From Pseudomonadota bacterium (GTDB lineage: Bacteria; Pseudomonadota; Alphaproteobacteria; Rhodobacterales; Rhodobacteraceae), in assembly GCA_038527375.1 (NCBI GenBank), contig JBCBFU010000003.1:10318-74317 (forward strand): a stretch of 64,000 bases of DNA. Direction: 5' to 3'. The position numbers were made by a program, and so were the translations under genes. Below the pieces are notes generated by a model that worked only from the letters and a program-made list of their open reading frames with translations, did not search any database and was not told where the DNA came from. Shown piece after piece: positions 1-10,926 of the stretch. Position 1 is the first letter of the stretch; every line of letters starts with the position of its first letter.

Positions 1-1
1 C

Positions 2-289
2 GACACCGACATCAACAAGGTCCCGGCGATCATCGAGGCCGCCGTCGCCACCCACCCCGAGGTGCTCGATGCGCCATACCCGCCCGATTGCGAGTTGCGC
101 GGGTTCGGCGACAGCGGCGTCGATTTTGCCGTGGAATTCTGGGTCAACGGGATCGACGACGGCCCCAACAAATACACCTCGGACGTGCTGTTTCTGATCT
201 GGAATGCGCTCAAGGAGAACGGCATCGAAATTCCCTACCCGCACCGCACGGTCGAATTGCGGGGCGAACTGCGCACACGGGCCAAGTGA
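2..289 (+). CDS. Mechanosensitive ion channel (MscS family) protein, C-terminal fragment; the 5' end lies outside the window
   Basis: The frame is open from the window edge. The tail ...GDSGVDFAVEFWV...NGIEIPYPHRTVELRG resembles the MscS C-terminal domain. Confidence 0.7.
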   Translation, partial: DTDINKVPAIIEAAVATHPEVLDAPYPPDCELRGFGDSGVDFAVEFWVNGIDDGPNKYTSDVLFLIWNALKENGIEIPYPHRTVELRGELRTRAK

Positions 290-1434
290 CAGATGTCGAC
301 GTCCTGATCGTCGGCGCAGGCCCCGCAGGTCTTGCGGCTGCCGAGGCTGCGTCGGACGCCGGGGCGCGGGTGCTGGTGGCGGAACAGATGCCATCGGTCG
401 GGCGCAAATTCCTGATGGCCGGAAAGTCTGGCCTGAACATCACCAAAGACACGGATTTGGCCGGTCTCATGTCGGCCATTGATGAACCCCGCATGGAACC
501 GATGCTCGCGGCCTTTGACGCAGCGCGGGTGAAATCCTGGGCCGAAGGGTTGGGGCAGAGCGTTTTTACCGGATCGTCTGGCCGCGTCTTTCCCCATGCG
601 ATGAAAGCCTCGCCCCTGCTGCGGGCATGGCTCGCGCGGCTTGCGGACCGGGGCGTTGCGTTTCGCACCCGCTGGACATGGGAGGGCGATGGCTTTGCCA
701 CGCCCGGTGGCCCCGTTCCGGTCAAGGCGCGCACGACGGTCCTTGCCATGGGAGGTGCAAGCTGGGCGCGGTTGGGATCAGACGGGCGCTGGCGCGCGGT
801 GCTGGACGCGTGGGGCATCCCGACCGAGCCGTTCGCCCCCGCCAATATGGGGTTCAACGTGACATGGTCGGATCACATGACCCGCTGGTTTGGGCACCCC
901 GTCAAAGGGGTCACCTTGCATGCGGGCGACCTGAGCGTTCCCGGGGAGTTCGTGATCTCCCGCAGCGGGGTTGAAGGATCGGCGATCTATGCGGTTTCCA
1001 AGGCCCTGCGCGAAGGCGCGCCTTTGACCGTCGACCTGAGGCCCGGTGTCGCGCTGTCGGACCTGCGCGACAGGTGGGCCGGGATGCCCCGAAAACTGAC
1101 CGCAACCGCGCGTCTGAAACGACTGGGCTTGTCGGGTGTGCAGATAGTGCTGGTGCAGGAGTTTGCGCGACCACTGTCGGCTGATCCCGCACCGGTGATC
1201 AAGGCGCTGCCCATTCCCCACACCGGACCGCGCCCGATGGACGAGGCGATCTCGACCGCCGGCGGCGTCCGTTGGGACGCGCTGGATGACAGCCTGATGC
1301 TGCACGCCCGACCGGGTGTGTTTTGTGCGGGTGAGATGCTGGATTGGGAGGCGCCGACAGGCGGCTACCTAATCACGGGATGCCTTGCGACCGGCGCCTG
1401 GGCCGGGGCGGCGGCGGCGCGCTACGCCGCTTGA
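286..1434 (+). CDS. HI0933/BaiN-like NAD(FAD)-utilising flavoprotein
   Basis: A GTG start overlaps the upstream TGA (GTGA). The N-terminus VLIVGAGPAGLAAA is a Rossmann motif, followed by GRKFLMAGKSGLNITK, typical of the HI0933 family. The track ORF from 88 is an upstream over-extension. Confidence 0.75.
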   Translation: MTDVDVLIVGAGPAGLAAAEAASDAGARVLVAEQMPSVGRKFLMAGKSGLNITKDTDLAGLMSAIDEPRMEPMLAAFDAARVKSWAEGLGQSVFTGSSGRVFPHAMKASPLLRAWLARLADRGVAFRTRWTWEGDGFATPGGPVPVKARTTVLAMGGASWARLGSDGRWRAVLDAWGIPTEPFAPANMGFNVTWSDHMTRWFGHPVKGVTLHAGDLSVPGEFVISRSGVEGSAIYAVSKALREGAPLTVDLRPGVALSDLRDRWAGMPRKLTATARLKRLGLSGVQIVLVQEFARPLSADPAPVIKALPIPHTGPRPMDEAISTAGGVRWDALDDSLMLHARPGVFCAGEMLDWEAPTGGYLITGCLATGAWAGAAAARYAA

Positions 1435-2027
1435 CCCGACGACTGCGCGGCCTTGTAAGCCGCCCGTGCGCGCAGCGGTTTGGCGTACTCCTTCAGCGCG
1501 GGTCGATCCATCGGGAACTTCGCCACGATGGCCCAGCCCAAACAATGCACGGCAAGGATATCTGCAATCGTCATCTGATCGCCCATCAGGAACGGGCCCT
1601 CGATCCGGTTCTCCAGCCGCTCGGCTGAAATGCGGAATTCCTCGCGCACCGCGTCCTTGATCGCCGGGACGCGCAGGCCCTCAGGCAGACCAAAGGAATG
1701 CTTGGCCACCGTCCAAAGAAGGCTGTCGATTTCATCGAGAATAAACCCCGTATGCGCGTCCTGCCGTGCACGCTCGACCGTGCCCGCCGGGTAGGTCAAC
1801 GCACCGTGTTTGTCGGCCAGATAGGTCATGATCGCGGTTGAATCCGTTAACACCTGACCCTCGGTGACCAGCACCGGGACTTTGCCTAACGGGTTCAGGG
1901 CCATGATCTCCGCGCTGCGCGGCTTGGTGGCGTGGTGGGTATAGTCCACGCCCAACTCCTCCAGCAGCCAGAGGACCCGAAAGGCCCGCGATCGGGCTGA
2001 TCCATGGAGTTCGTACATGTGGGTCAC
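1422..2027 (-). CDS. Glutathione S-transferase
   Basis: 201 aa. The N-terminal thioredoxin-like fold has SRAFRVLWLLEELG and NPLGKVPVL motifs. Confidence 0.8.
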   Translation of the reverse strand: MTHMYELHGSARSRAFRVLWLLEELGVDYTHHATKPRSAEIMALNPLGKVPVLVTEGQVLTDSTAIMTYLADKHGALTYPAGTVERARQDAHTGFILDEIDSLLWTVAKHSFGLPEGLRVPAIKDAVREEFRISAERLENRIEGPFLMGDQMTIADILAVHCLGWAIVAKFPMDRPALKEYAKPLRARAAYKAAQSSGQAA

Positions 2028-3046
2028 CTGCGTTTTGTCATGGCCAGACGGATCAGGGCGCGTTCCATCACGGCCATCTGAGGCGCGGTCTGGTTCGCGG
2101 ACCGGAGCGTCAGATCCGTCTCTGTCAGGGTCGCTAGCGCCTTTTCGGTGCCGTCGCGGCCCAGCCGCCCGGCCTGCCGCTGCATCCGGTCGCGCCGGGG
2201 GCCAAAGACCGGGGGCCGCACGCGCGCGATCCCTTGGCTCACCCCGCTGGGATCAGCGGCGGCCGCGTGCAGCGTCTTGAAATGCCGCATCGCCTGAATG
2301 CAGATCGTCACTGGGGTGACACCTTGCGCCTCGAGCCTGCGCAGCACCGGTCCCAACTCCTCGGTCCGGGCCTCGGCAACGATGTTGAGAAGATCGTCCA
2401 CCTCCGCCTCGGTCGAGGCAGGCGAACAGGCGTCGATATCCGCCACGGTGACCTGATCCGCACCAAGGCAATAAAGCGCCACCTTCTCCACTGTCTGCGC
2501 AAAATCCCCGGGATCGAGCGTGCGCGACAGGGCGGTGAACGCATCCATCGCCTCGCGGTCCAAAGGCGGCATCCCGGACTTCTTCAGGATCGTCTCGATC
2601 TCCGCCCGTGACGGCGGATCGTCATAAATCGCGGCGGCATAGGCATTGGGATGCCCTTCGAACGCCTTGCGCAGTTTGGATGTGGCGCGCAGCTGGCCTG
2701 CGGTCACCACGATCTGTGCATCTCCGTCGGCCCATTCGCTCAATGCCGCGTCGATGCCTGCAAAACAGGTGTCGCTCGCCTCTTCCACAAAGGCGACCCG
2801 GGGGCCGGGAAAGAAGCCCACCGCCTTGATCGCATCCAGCAAACGTGACGGCTCCTTGCGCAACTCCGCCCCGGACATGCGGGTCAGGCGCATCTCTTCC
2901 TCGCCCTGCGGGCCAACAAGGGCCGCGATGGCCGCCTGCCTTTTCAGCGCCACGCGCATCGCGTCAGGCCCGTAGATCAACAGGCCCGTCCGGTTGGGGT
3001 CCGGGCGTTCGAAATACGCAGGCGCGTCGCGCCCCGACAGCTTCAT
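2024..3046 (-). CDS. holA: DNA polymerase III subunit delta
   Basis: 340 aa. It sits downstream of leuS-lptE in the conserved synteny and has a GLLIYGPD N-terminal motif. Confidence 0.8.
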   Translation of the reverse strand: MKLSGRDAPAYFERPDPNRTGLLIYGPDAMRVALKRQAAIAALVGPQGEEEMRLTRMSGAELRKEPSRLLDAIKAVGFFPGPRVAFVEEASDTCFAGIDAALSEWADGDAQIVVTAGQLRATSKLRKAFEGHPNAYAAAIYDDPPSRAEIETILKKSGMPPLDREAMDAFTALSRTLDPGDFAQTVEKVALYCLGADQVTVADIDACSPASTEAEVDDLLNIVAEARTEELGPVLRRLEAQGVTPVTICIQAMRHFKTLHAAAADPSGVSQGIARVRPPVFGPRRDRMQRQAGRLGRDGTEKALATLTETDLTLRSANQTAPQMAVMERALIRLAMTKRR

Positions 3047-3540
3047 GGGGTGGCCGCGATCAGCCGCGCCACGATCTGATCGGCCAAAATGACCATCAAG
3101 CGTTCATAGGCGTCGTCGCGCGCGGCATCCGTGGCGATGGTCGTGCCCGTGTTCGAATAGCCCACAACGCCCCGCACCACGCCCGTGTCGACGGACGCCC
3201 CAGAGGTCGCATCGGTCAGCGCATATTGCGCGGTCCCGATCAGGTTGAACCGGCTTGTTGTCTGGGTCGAGGTGATGCCCACCCCGTCGCTGTCCACATT
3301 CAGACTGAAATCGAGCGTATAGGCCACCGCCTCTGGCTGGCCCAAACGCTGTTCCAGACGCGTGACGAGCGCAAATTGCGCGCTTGTGTCGGGTTCTGCG
3401 ACCTGCACGCTGTTGCGCAAGGCGCCTGCGCCGCCAGACGGCCCGTAGGCCGGGGTGAACCCGCATCCCGCGAGGACCGCGAGGCCCCCGATGGCGAGGG
3501 CCCCTGCTTTCAGGACAGTTCTGCGATCATACGACGACAT
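3043..3540 (-). CDS. lptE: LPS-assembly lipoprotein LptE
   Basis: 165 aa with a signal peptide and LAGC lipobox. It lies between leuS and holA, and both junctions overlap. Confidence 0.75.
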   Translation of the reverse strand: MSSYDRRTVLKAGALAIGGLAVLAGCGFTPAYGPSGGAGALRNSVQVAEPDTSAQFALVTRLEQRLGQPEAVAYTLDFSLNVDSDGVGITSTQTTSRFNLIGTAQYALTDATSGASVDTGVVRGVVGYSNTGTTIATDAARDDAYERLMVILADQIVARLIAATP

Positions 3541-6076
3541 TCACGATCCTGCCGGGCACCACGATAAGCTTCTTGGGCTGCCCCCCATCGAGCGCCCTTT
3601 GCACAGCATCGTTGGCCAGCACGATCTTTTCAACCTCGTCCTTTGGCATGTCGGCGGGCACCGTGATCTCGTCCCGGCGCTTGCCGTTGATCTGGATGGG
3701 CAGCGTGACCGAGGCCTCGACCAGCATGGCCTCATCCGCGACGGGCCACGGCGCCGCGACGACCAGACCTGCGCCACCCTGATGGGCCCAGATGTCTTCG
3801 GCCAGATGCGGGGTCATGGGTGCCATCAATTGTGCCAGCGTCATCACCGCCGTGCGTTGGGTCGCATGCGCGGCCTTGGATTTCGCGAGCGTCGCGGTAA
3901 AGCCATAGAGCTTGGCGATGGCCGCGTTAAAGCCAAAGCTTTCGACGCCCAGCGTCACGTCGCGAATGGTCTTGTGCATCTCGCGCAGCAACTCCTCGTC
4001 GCCTTGGCCCTTGGCATCCCGGTCCATCTGGCCGATCCGGTCGCAGATGTTCCACACCCGTGACAGATGCTTGTACGCGGCCTCTGCACCCGATGCCGTC
4101 CATTCCACATCGCGTTCGGGCGGGCTGTCGGACAGGACAAACCACCGCGCGGTGTCCGCGCCATAGGCATCCACGATGGCCTGCGGATCGACGACGTTGT
4201 TCTTGGATTTCGACATCTTGGCAGAGGGGACGATGTCCACCTCGGTCCCGTCCTTCAGAAAGCCCGAGCCATCGCGCAGGTCCACGTCTTGCGGGTAGTG
4301 ATAGACCGGGCGCCCGTTTGCATCGGTCGTCTTGTAGATCGCGTGGGTGACCATGCCTTGAGTAAAGAGCGCGTCAAACGGCTCGGCCGCGCTTTCGGGC
4401 AAGTGGCCGGTCTTGATCATCGCCCGCGCGAAGAAGCGCGAATAGAGCAGGTGCAGGATCGCGTGCTCAATCCCGCCGATATACTGATCGACATTCATCC
4501 AATAGGCCGCGTCGTCTGCATCGGTCGGCGTCTCGGCCCGGGGCGAGGTGAAGCGCGCGAAATACCAGGAGGAATCCACGAAGGTGTCCATCGTGTCCGT
4601 CTCACGCGTGGCATCCCCCCCGCATTTGGGGCAGGTCGTCTTGCGCCACGTCAAATGCCGATCCAGCGGGTTCCCCGGCGTCGAAAAGCTCACGTCATAG
4701 GGCAGCTCGACCGGCAGGTTCTCTTTCTTTTCCGGCACGACGCCACAGGTGTCGCAATGGATCACTGGGATCGGGCACCCCCAATAGCGTTGGCGGCTCA
4801 GCCCCCAGTCGCGCAGGCGGAACCGCGTCTGCCCTTGGCCCAGCCCGTGTTCCTCGAAGTAGTCGATCGTGGCGTCGATGGCCTCTTGGCTCGTGACTTC
4901 TGTGATCCCGGCGAAATGGTCGATGAAGACGACGGGTTCGGATTTGGCAGGCACCAGGGCCTCGTCGCCGACCTCGGTCTGATCGCCGGGCATATAGAAT
5001 GCGTTCTGGACGGGCAGGTCGTATTTACGCGCGAAATCGAGGTCGCGCTGGTCGTGCGCGGGGCAGCCAAAGACTGCGCCTGTGCCGTAGTCCATCAGGA
5101 CAAAGTTGCCGATCCAGACGGGCAGGTCCTGATCGGGATAGACGGGGTGCTGCACGGTCAGGCCCGTGTCGATGCCCTTCTTTTCCGCCTTTTCCATGGC
5201 GGCCTCGGTCGTGTCCATCTTGCGGCATTCGTCGATGAAGGCGGCAAGATCGGGACGCTCGGCCTCCAACGCCTTGGACACCGGGTGATCCGGCGCCACC
5301 GCGATGAAGGAGGCACCGCGCATCGTGTCCGGGCGCGTGGAATAGCAAACGATGGGCTCGCCCCCGTCGCGGCGCTGAAACGGAATTTCGATACCGCGCG
5401 ATTTCCCGATCCAGTTCTCTTGCATCAGGCGCACTTTGGCGGGCCAGTTCTCCAACCCGTCCAGCGCGTCCAACAGCTCCTCCGCCATGGAGGAGATGTC
5501 AAAGAACCACTGCGTAAGCTCGCGCTTTTCCACATCCGCGCCGGACCGCCAGCCCTTGCCGTCGATCACCTGCTCGTTGGCCAGCACGGTCATGTCGACA
5601 GGGTCCCAGTTCACGACTGCGTTCTTGCGGTAGACCAACCCGGCCTCGAGCATGTCGAGGAACAGCGCCTGTTGCTGACCGTAATATTCGGGGTCGCATG
5701 TCGCGAACATCCGGCTCCAGTCGATGGAGTTGCCCAAGGGCTTCATCTGTTCGACCATCGCGTCGATATTGTCGTAGGTCCAATCCTTGGGGTGGCCGTT
5801 CGACGCCATCGCGGCGTTTTCGGCGGGCATGCCAAAGGCGTCAAAGCCCATCGGGTGCAGGACGTTATGGCCGGTCGCGATCTTGTGGCGCGCGACCACG
5901 TCACCCATCGTGTAGTTGCGCACATGGCCCATGTGCAGCTTGCCCGACGGATAGGGGAACATCTCGAGCACGTAGTATTTCGGCTTGGACGGGTCGCGTT
6001 CGGCTTTGAAGATACCGGCCTTGTCCCAGGCGGCTTGCCATTTGGCTTCGATCTCGGACGGGGTGTAGCGGGTCAT
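3527..6076 (-). CDS. leuS: Leucine--tRNA ligase
   Basis: About 849 aa. Class I HMGH motif ([11 protein letters not shown]) and KMSKS present. Start chosen at [14 protein letters not shown]; an alternative ATG lies at 6088. Confidence 0.95.
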   Translation of the reverse strand: MTRYTPSEIEAKWQAAWDKAGIFKAERDPSKPKYYVLEMFPYPSGKLHMGHVRNYTMGDVVARHKIATGHNVLHPMGFDAFGMPAENAAMASNGHPKDWTYDNIDAMVEQMKPLGNSIDWSRMFATCDPEYYGQQQALFLDMLEAGLVYRKNAVVNWDPVDMTVLANEQVIDGKGWRSGADVEKRELTQWFFDISSMAEELLDALDGLENWPAKVRLMQENWIGKSRGIEIPFQRRDGGEPIVCYSTRPDTMRGASFIAVAPDHPVSKALEAERPDLAAFIDECRKMDTTEAAMEKAEKKGIDTGLTVQHPVYPDQDLPVWIGNFVLMDYGTGAVFGCPAHDQRDLDFARKYDLPVQNAFYMPGDQTEVGDEALVPAKSEPVVFIDHFAGITEVTSQEAIDATIDYFEEHGLGQGQTRFRLRDWGLSRQRYWGCPIPVIHCDTCGVVPEKKENLPVELPYDVSFSTPGNPLDRHLTWRKTTCPKCGGDATRETDTMDTFVDSSWYFARFTSPRAETPTDADDAAYWMNVDQYIGGIEHAILHLLYSRFFARAMIKTGHLPESAAEPFDALFTQGMVTHAIYKTTDANGRPVYHYPQDVDLRDGSGFLKDGTEVDIVPSAKMSKSKNNVVDPQAIVDAYGADTARWFVLSDSPPERDVEWTASGAEAAYKHLSRVWNICDRIGQMDRDAKGQGDEELLREMHKTIRDVTLGVESFGFNAAIAKLYGFTATLAKSKAAHATQRTAVMTLAQLMAPMTPHLAEDIWAHQGGAGLVVAAPWPVADEAMLVEASVTLPIQINGKRRDEITVPADMPKDEVEKIVLANDAVQRALDGGQPKKLIVVPGRIVNVVV

Positions 6077-6177
6077 GTGGGGCCTCATCTGCGCATGTCG
6101 CGCGGGTCTGCGGATCGCGAGCGGTGTATCCGTCGCGTTGTCAGGGGTCTAGGGGCAGGGTGGTGCCGGACTGTGGG

Positions 6178-6621
6178 TTATAGTCGCCCGTCGCCGACGC
6201 GCAGTTGGCGCGCGCGCGTCAGGATCGCGTCTTCAACCGCGCGCGTGGTGGCGGGGCTTGCGGGTCCCGACCGTGTCACCAGCGACACCTTGAGCGACCG
6301 CGCGTCCAGTGCGGGGTCCTGCACCAGAACGGTCGCACGGTATGCGCGCCCACCGCCGGGCGGCGTGCCAAAGCCCGTAACGATAACACCCGTGAACGGA
6401 TCGACCGATTGAATGGGCAGGAAGCTGAGGACATCAAGGGACGCACGCCAAAGGTAGCGGTTCACCGCGACCGTGTCCCCACCGCGCACGCGCGATGCCT
6501 GCTGTGTGGGGGGCGCGTCGTTCTTTGCCCCGCCAAAGGGGTTCAGGTTCCCGAGCGTGCTGCATCCTGGAAGGGCCAGTACAGCCACGGCGACAGTGGC
6601 GCGAAACAAGTTGGCAATCAT
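6178..6621 (-). CDS. DUF3576-like lipoprotein
   Basis: 147 aa with a signal peptide and LPGC lipobox. The NRYLWRASLDVLSFLP segment is typical of this alphaproteobacterial family. Confidence 0.6.
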   Translation of the reverse strand: MIANLFRATVAVAVLALPGCSTLGNLNPFGGAKNDAPPTQQASRVRGGDTVAVNRYLWRASLDVLSFLPIQSVDPFTGVIVTGFGTPPGGGRAYRATVLVQDPALDARSLKVSLVTRSGPASPATTRAVEDAILTRARQLRVGDGRL

Positions 6622-6721
6622 CGGTAACCCCTTCCCATTGCGGCAGGTTTAGCGAAGCGATGCCAAGGTGCCAAGCCTTGTAGGTGATTTGGAGCGTGGG
6701 ATCCTGGCTCTGGCCACACTC

Positions 6722-6754
6722 CAAAAAGAAAGAGCGGCCCCGAAGGACCGCTCT
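6722..6754 (-). terminator. Rho-independent terminator of the porin gene
   Basis: On the minus strand: hairpin AGAGCGGTCC-TTCG-GGGCCGCTCT followed by TTCTTTTTG. Confidence 0.75.
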
Positions 6755-6778
6755 GACTTAGACTTTGAAGCGTTCGAC

Positions 6779-7933
6779 TTAGAACGAGAACGACAGGGAC
6801 AGCGTGGTGCCGATCGCGTCGTCGTCGCCGAAGTACTCGTTGTCCGAGTTGATCGCGTCTGCTTCGACGTGGACCAGGCGAACTTCTGCGCCGCTACCCA
6901 GGTCGTATGCACCACCGATGTAGAAGCCTTGGTCGGAACCGTCGCCGTCACCGATACCTGCGAACAGCGTTGCGCCGTTGCCCAGGTCGTAGTCAACGTC
7001 AACACCGTAGTCTTCGTTGGCTTGCTCTTGGTTGTAGAACACGCCGACCGACAGCGGGCCGGAGGTGTAGTCAACCGACACACCGTAGTTGTCGTCGCCA
7101 ACCGATTCCGACACGTAGTACGCGCCGAGCGTGACTGCGTCACCGATCGGGTATGCGATTTCGATACCGGTCGAGTTTGCGTTTTCGGTTTCGTTCGATG
7201 CGTAGGCGAAGGTCACGTCTGCACCACCGAAGGAACCGGAAACTGCCAGACCGAACACTTCGTCAGCGTCCAGATCGCCACCAACGGCGTCGCCGGAGTT
7301 GGTGATGGCATAGGTTTCGGAAGTTGCGGTCGTCGTCGTGGTGATGCCGCCTTCGATTTCTTCTTGGTACGCCACAACAACGGTGACTGCGCCAAGCTCA
7401 GCAGCAAGACCCAGCGACAGCTGGTCCAGCTCGTTCGAAGCTTCGTCGTAGAAGTACGAAACCGATGCGTCGACTGCGCCGAAGCTCACGTCGCCGCGCA
7501 GAACCATTTCGCCATCTTCGCCGGAGAAGTCGTCTGCTTCCATGTCGCCGGCTGCGGTCCAGTGCGTGTCAGCAGCGAACGCGGTGTCGCCGAAGAACAG
7601 GCCTGCGGTGTCCGATTCCAGACCCAGCGTGAAGTCTTTCGACTCCAGGTTCTGACCTTGGCCGTTGCCGCCGTCTGCGAATTCAAAGCCGAAGTCTGCC
7701 GATGCGGTCAGGCCGTTGTCCAGGGCTTGCGAGAAGTTCACGTCGAACTCGCCGTCCCAGTCAAAGCTGCCGTCGCTGGTGCCGGCGGTGCCGAGGTTGT
7801 CAACGGTGTCGCCACCGCTGTTGTACTCCATGCTCACCGAGCCGGAGAAGGTGATGGATTCTGCGTGGCCGTCTGCCGCCGCAACGCCAGCGAAGGCAAC
7901 CAGTGCCGTCGAAGCGAGAAGGATGCGTTTCAT
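6779..7933 (-). CDS. Outer-membrane porin (Rhodobacter-type general porin)
   Basis: 384 aa with signal peptide MKRILLASTALVAFAGVAAA. Acidic and Gly/Asp/Ser-rich with alternating beta-strand pattern and a C-terminal ...LSLSFSF. Codon usage differs from neighbours in the way expected for a highly expressed gene. Confidence 0.85.
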   Translation of the reverse strand: MKRILLASTALVAFAGVAAADGHAESITFSGSVSMEYNSGGDTVDNLGTAGTSDGSFDWDGEFDVNFSQALDNGLTASADFGFEFADGGNGQGQNLESKDFTLGLESDTAGLFFGDTAFAADTHWTAAGDMEADDFSGEDGEMVLRGDVSFGAVDASVSYFYDEASNELDQLSLGLAAELGAVTVVVAYQEEIEGGITTTTTATSETYAITNSGDAVGGDLDADEVFGLAVSGSFGGADVTFAYASNETENANSTGIEIAYPIGDAVTLGAYYVSESVGDDNYGVSVDYTSGPLSVGVFYNQEQANEDYGVDVDYDLGNGATLFAGIGDGDGSDQGFYIGGAYDLGSGAEVRLVHVEADAINSDNEYFGDDDAIGTTLSLSFSF

Positions 7934-8177
7934 GATTTTTTCCCTCGTGTTTGCATTCTCGAGTCAGCTGTACCCGAGAACGGGTCTTAGCATGCGAGTG
8001 TATTGGCGTCTGAGAGGGGTGAGGGTCAACAAAAGCACGGAACCTGCGCCGCGCTTGCCGTTCAATTGATGCAATGTGGTCACACACCTGTTGCCCGCCT
8101 GCGGAGCACGGGCTAGCTGTCGGCTCGGTTGTTGCCGGGCCTCTCGTGCGCCCTTTGACAAAAAGTGAAAGGTTTCC

Positions 8178-8888
8178 ATGTCGTTAACCGATATCCAATC
8201 GCGTATGGCCAATGCCGCAAGGGAAGCAGGCCGGGACGTGGAGGACGTGGAACTGATCGCGGTTTCCAAAGTACAGCCGCGCGACCGAATTGTGGCGGTA
8301 TTGGGGCAGGGCCATCGCGTCTTTGGCGAGAATCGCGTTCAGGAGGCCCAAGGCCGCTGGCCCGAACTCAGGGATTCTTTCCCGGATGTGAAGCTCCACC
8401 TCCTCGGGCCGCTGCAATCCAACAAGGTGCGTCCGGCCCTGGCTCTCTTTGACACCATCCATTCCGTGGACCGCCCCAAGCTCGCCCGCGCGATTGCCCG
8501 CGTCGCGCAGGAGGAGGGTCGATGCCCCGACGTGTTCCTGCAGGTCAACACGGGCGAAGAGCCGCAAAAGGCGGGCGTCCTGCCCGGCGATGTCGACGCT
8601 TTCGTGGCCGAGGCGCGGGCGCTTGATTTGCCGGTGGCCGGGTTGATGTGCCTGCCCCCGGTGGATGAGGAGCCGGCCCTGCATTTTGCGCTGCTGGCCA
8701 AAATGGCGGCGCGCAACGGGCTATCGGGCCTGTCCATGGGGATGAGCGCGGATTTTGAGACAGCGGTGCGATTGGGCGCCACGCATATCCGGGTGGGATC
8801 TGCAATCTTTGGGGCGCGGGTCAGCGCACCACAAGACGGCTCTGATGCCGGATCCGGGGCAGAAGCCACCGCAGGTGATCGCGCCTGA
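8178..8888 (+). CDS. yggS: YggS-family pyridoxal-phosphate homeostasis protein
   Basis: 236 aa. LIAVSKVQP carries the PLP lysine; GHRVFGENRVQE and HIRVGSAIFG motifs present. Confidence 0.85.
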   Translation: MSLTDIQSRMANAAREAGRDVEDVELIAVSKVQPRDRIVAVLGQGHRVFGENRVQEAQGRWPELRDSFPDVKLHLLGPLQSNKVRPALALFDTIHSVDRPKLARAIARVAQEEGRCPDVFLQVNTGEEPQKAGVLPGDVDAFVAEARALDLPVAGLMCLPPVDEEPALHFALLAKMAARNGLSGLSMGMSADFETAVRLGATHIRVGSAIFGARVSAPQDGSDAGSGAEATAGDRA

Positions 8889-9315
8889 AGGCGATGCAGC
8901 CTTCTGTCGGATACCCGGGCCTGCGCCACTGGTGCAGGAAGATGGCCGATCCCCGCCCTTTGACCGCGTAGGGCCAATTCCAGTCCGTCAGGATCACGAC
9001 ATCATAGAGCGGGTCCGCGCGCATCAGACGTTCATGGCTGGGCGCGTAGGGCGCGCGCACCATCATATTATAGTCGATGTCGCTGGGATCATCGGACCAC
9101 AAATCCCCGGGCCGGATCGGACGCGCCCAATCTGCGGGCCGAGCCATGCGATCCGGACGATAGAGCATCCCGACAATGCGGTGCACCCCCTTGGGCGTCG
9201 CGCCGTCGCCCTCGCGCTTGCGATCACTCAGGCCGCCTTTGCCAATCGTGCAGGGCAGCCGCCTGCCAAAGGCGCGCAACCCCATGGGGGTCAGGACAAG
9301 GTCGGTGGGTGTCAT
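8821..9315 (-). CDS. L,D-transpeptidase (YkuD) catalytic-domain protein with no evident signal peptide
   Basis: 164 aa from MTPTDLVL. The active-site-like motif is GSAIFLH...PTEGCIAF. The track ORF up to 9750 over-extends across the next gene. Confidence 0.65.
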   Translation of the reverse strand: MTPTDLVLTPMGLRAFGRRLPCTIGKGGLSDRKREGDGATPKGVHRIVGMLYRPDRMARPADWARPIRPGDLWSDDPSDIDYNMMVRAPYAPSHERLMRADPLYDVVILTDWNWPYAVKGRGSAIFLHQWRRPGYPTEGCIAFRRDHLRWLLPRIRHQSRLVVR

Positions 9316-9716
9316 TGCGGCAACCCGTCGAACTGCGGAACGCCATCGGCCACGCAGTGGAACGCCTGCGCCTCGGACATGTGGATGGCGGCCTTGGGCG
9401 CGCCAAAGACAGACGGGTCGTCCAAGGTCCCCACACGCAGGACAACCATCCCGAGGTCGGCGCGCTCGGTGCAAACCTGCGTGCCACAGGTGGGACAGAA
9501 AACACGCGTGACCGGGTTTTCCAGATCGGCGCGCGCAAAGCGTTGGGCGGTGCCTGTGATTGCAACGCCGCTCGCAGGGATCAGCATAAAGTAGTTGGGG
9601 CCGCCCCCCGATGCGTACTGGCAGGGCCTGCAATGGCACTGCGCCTTGAAGACTGGCTTGGCCGTCACCGCGTAGCGCAGCGCGCCGCAGTAACATCCGC
9701 CCCGCCCCGCACTCAT
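9312..9716 (-). CDS. GFA (glutathione-dependent formaldehyde-activating/CENP-V) family protein
   Basis: 134 aa with Cys clusters [10 protein letters not shown]...CHCRPC...FCPTCG. Confidence 0.8.
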   Translation of the reverse strand: MSAGRGGCYCGALRYAVTAKPVFKAQCHCRPCQYASGGGPNYFMLIPASGVAITGTAQRFARADLENPVTRVFCPTCGTQVCTERADLGMVVLRVGTLDDPSVFGAPKAAIHMSEAQAFHCVADGVPQFDGLPQ

Positions 9717-10765
9717 AACAAATGCCCCGACTTGGCAGCCTTGGTATCAAGGTAGCCCGTATTGATGGCGTTGCGGCCCACTTTCAGCGGCACGCGCTCC
9801 ACGACCTCGATCCCCTGATCTTCCAGCCGGGCGACCTTGGCCGGGTTGTTCGTCAACAGCCGCGCCTGCCCAAAGCCCAGTTTGCGCAGGATCTCGGCCC
9901 CGATCCGGAAATCGCGCTCGTCATCCTCGAACCCCAGACGGTGGTTGGCCTCGACCGTGTCGAACCCTTGATCTTGCAGCGCATAGGCCCGCATCTTGTT
10001 GGCCAGGCCGATGCCGCGCCCCTCCTGATTCAGATAGAGCAGCACACCCGCCCCCTCGCGGCCCATCTGCGCCAGCGCCCCATGCAACTGCGGGCCGCAA
10101 TCGCATTTGAGGCTGCCCAAGACATCCCCGGTGAAACAGGCCGAATGCAGCCGCGTCAGGACGGGGGCCGCCCGGTCAGGGGTGCCGATCTCGACGGCAT
10201 AATGCTCCTCGCCGCCATCATCGGGGCGAAAGATATGCAGACGCCCTGCATCCGACACCTCGATCGGCAACCGGGCCGAGATGACATCGGCCAAGGGTGA
10301 TGCGCCGGGCGGCAGCAGTGGCAATGTCGTCAGATCCAGCGCGACGATGGGTGGTGCAGGCGCGACAAGAACCGCAGGCAGCAATCGCGCCGCCTTGGCC
10401 AGCGCGACTGCCGCGCGGTGCGGGGCGGTGTCACCGCCGCGTTCAGTCTCGAAAGGGCCTTTCATGGGGTGGCGCAGGTCATCTGTCGGGTCCGCCACCG
10501 CATGTACCCATGGCAAGGCCGCCGCTTTCGGCAGTTTGATCCGGGCAAGCCCTTCATCATAGGCGCGCGCCTTCAACGTGTGGGCCCGCCAATTCGTGAC
10601 CACCATCACCGCACCCGCCGCCTGCATCGCAGACAATCGCGCGGGTGTGAGCGTTTCAACCGCCGCCACAAGGGCCCCGCCCAACACGACCGGAACCCCC
10701 ATCCGCAGGTCATTGCGGGCGCGGGCGTAAAGCTCGGACAGGGTGGGGCTCAGGGCGTCGGTCAT
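9713..10765 (-). CDS. ribA: GTP cyclohydrolase II (long form)
   Basis: 350 aa from MTDALSP. The C-terminal [23 protein letters not shown]...NQEGRGIGL...DERDF motifs are typical of RibA. Confidence 0.85.
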   Translation of the reverse strand: MTDALSPTLSELYARARNDLRMGVPVVLGGALVAAVETLTPARLSAMQAAGAVMVVTNWRAHTLKARAYDEGLARIKLPKAAALPWVHAVADPTDDLRHPMKGPFETERGGDTAPHRAAVALAKAARLLPAVLVAPAPPIVALDLTTLPLLPPGASPLADVISARLPIEVSDAGRLHIFRPDDGGEEHYAVEIGTPDRAAPVLTRLHSACFTGDVLGSLKCDCGPQLHGALAQMGREGAGVLLYLNQEGRGIGLANKMRAYALQDQGFDTVEANHRLGFEDDERDFRIGAEILRKLGFGQARLLTNNPAKVARLEDQGIEVVERVPLKVGRNAINTGYLDTKAAKSGHLL

Positions 10766-10926
10766 CCGCCCCGATATAGGCGGGCCTGCGCGGAATGAGA
10801 AACGGAATTGAAACAATCCAGCCCCCTGCCTGACGGTTGCGTGAGAGAAATGTTGCAAACCTTGCTCCCCCCACCGCTCGCGCCAATGTGACCGGAAAGG
10901 ACGAAACCAAACCCGGAGAGCCCGAC

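Noticed and set aside
4067-6412. 781-aa plus-strand ORF
   Set aside because: It is antisense to leuS, has low-complexity Arg/Gly/Val-rich composition, and shows no recognisable motifs.
8821-9750. 309-aa version of the YkuD-like ORF
   Set aside because: Its N-terminal 145 aa overlap the GFA gene in another frame and are Arg/Cys/Pro-rich. The internal Met at 9315 abuts the GFA gene end and starts the conserved domain.
10766-10926. Possible FMN riboswitch upstream of ribA
   Set aside because: No FMN-element core sequences are visible. The region is short and is shared with the divergent response-regulator promoter.
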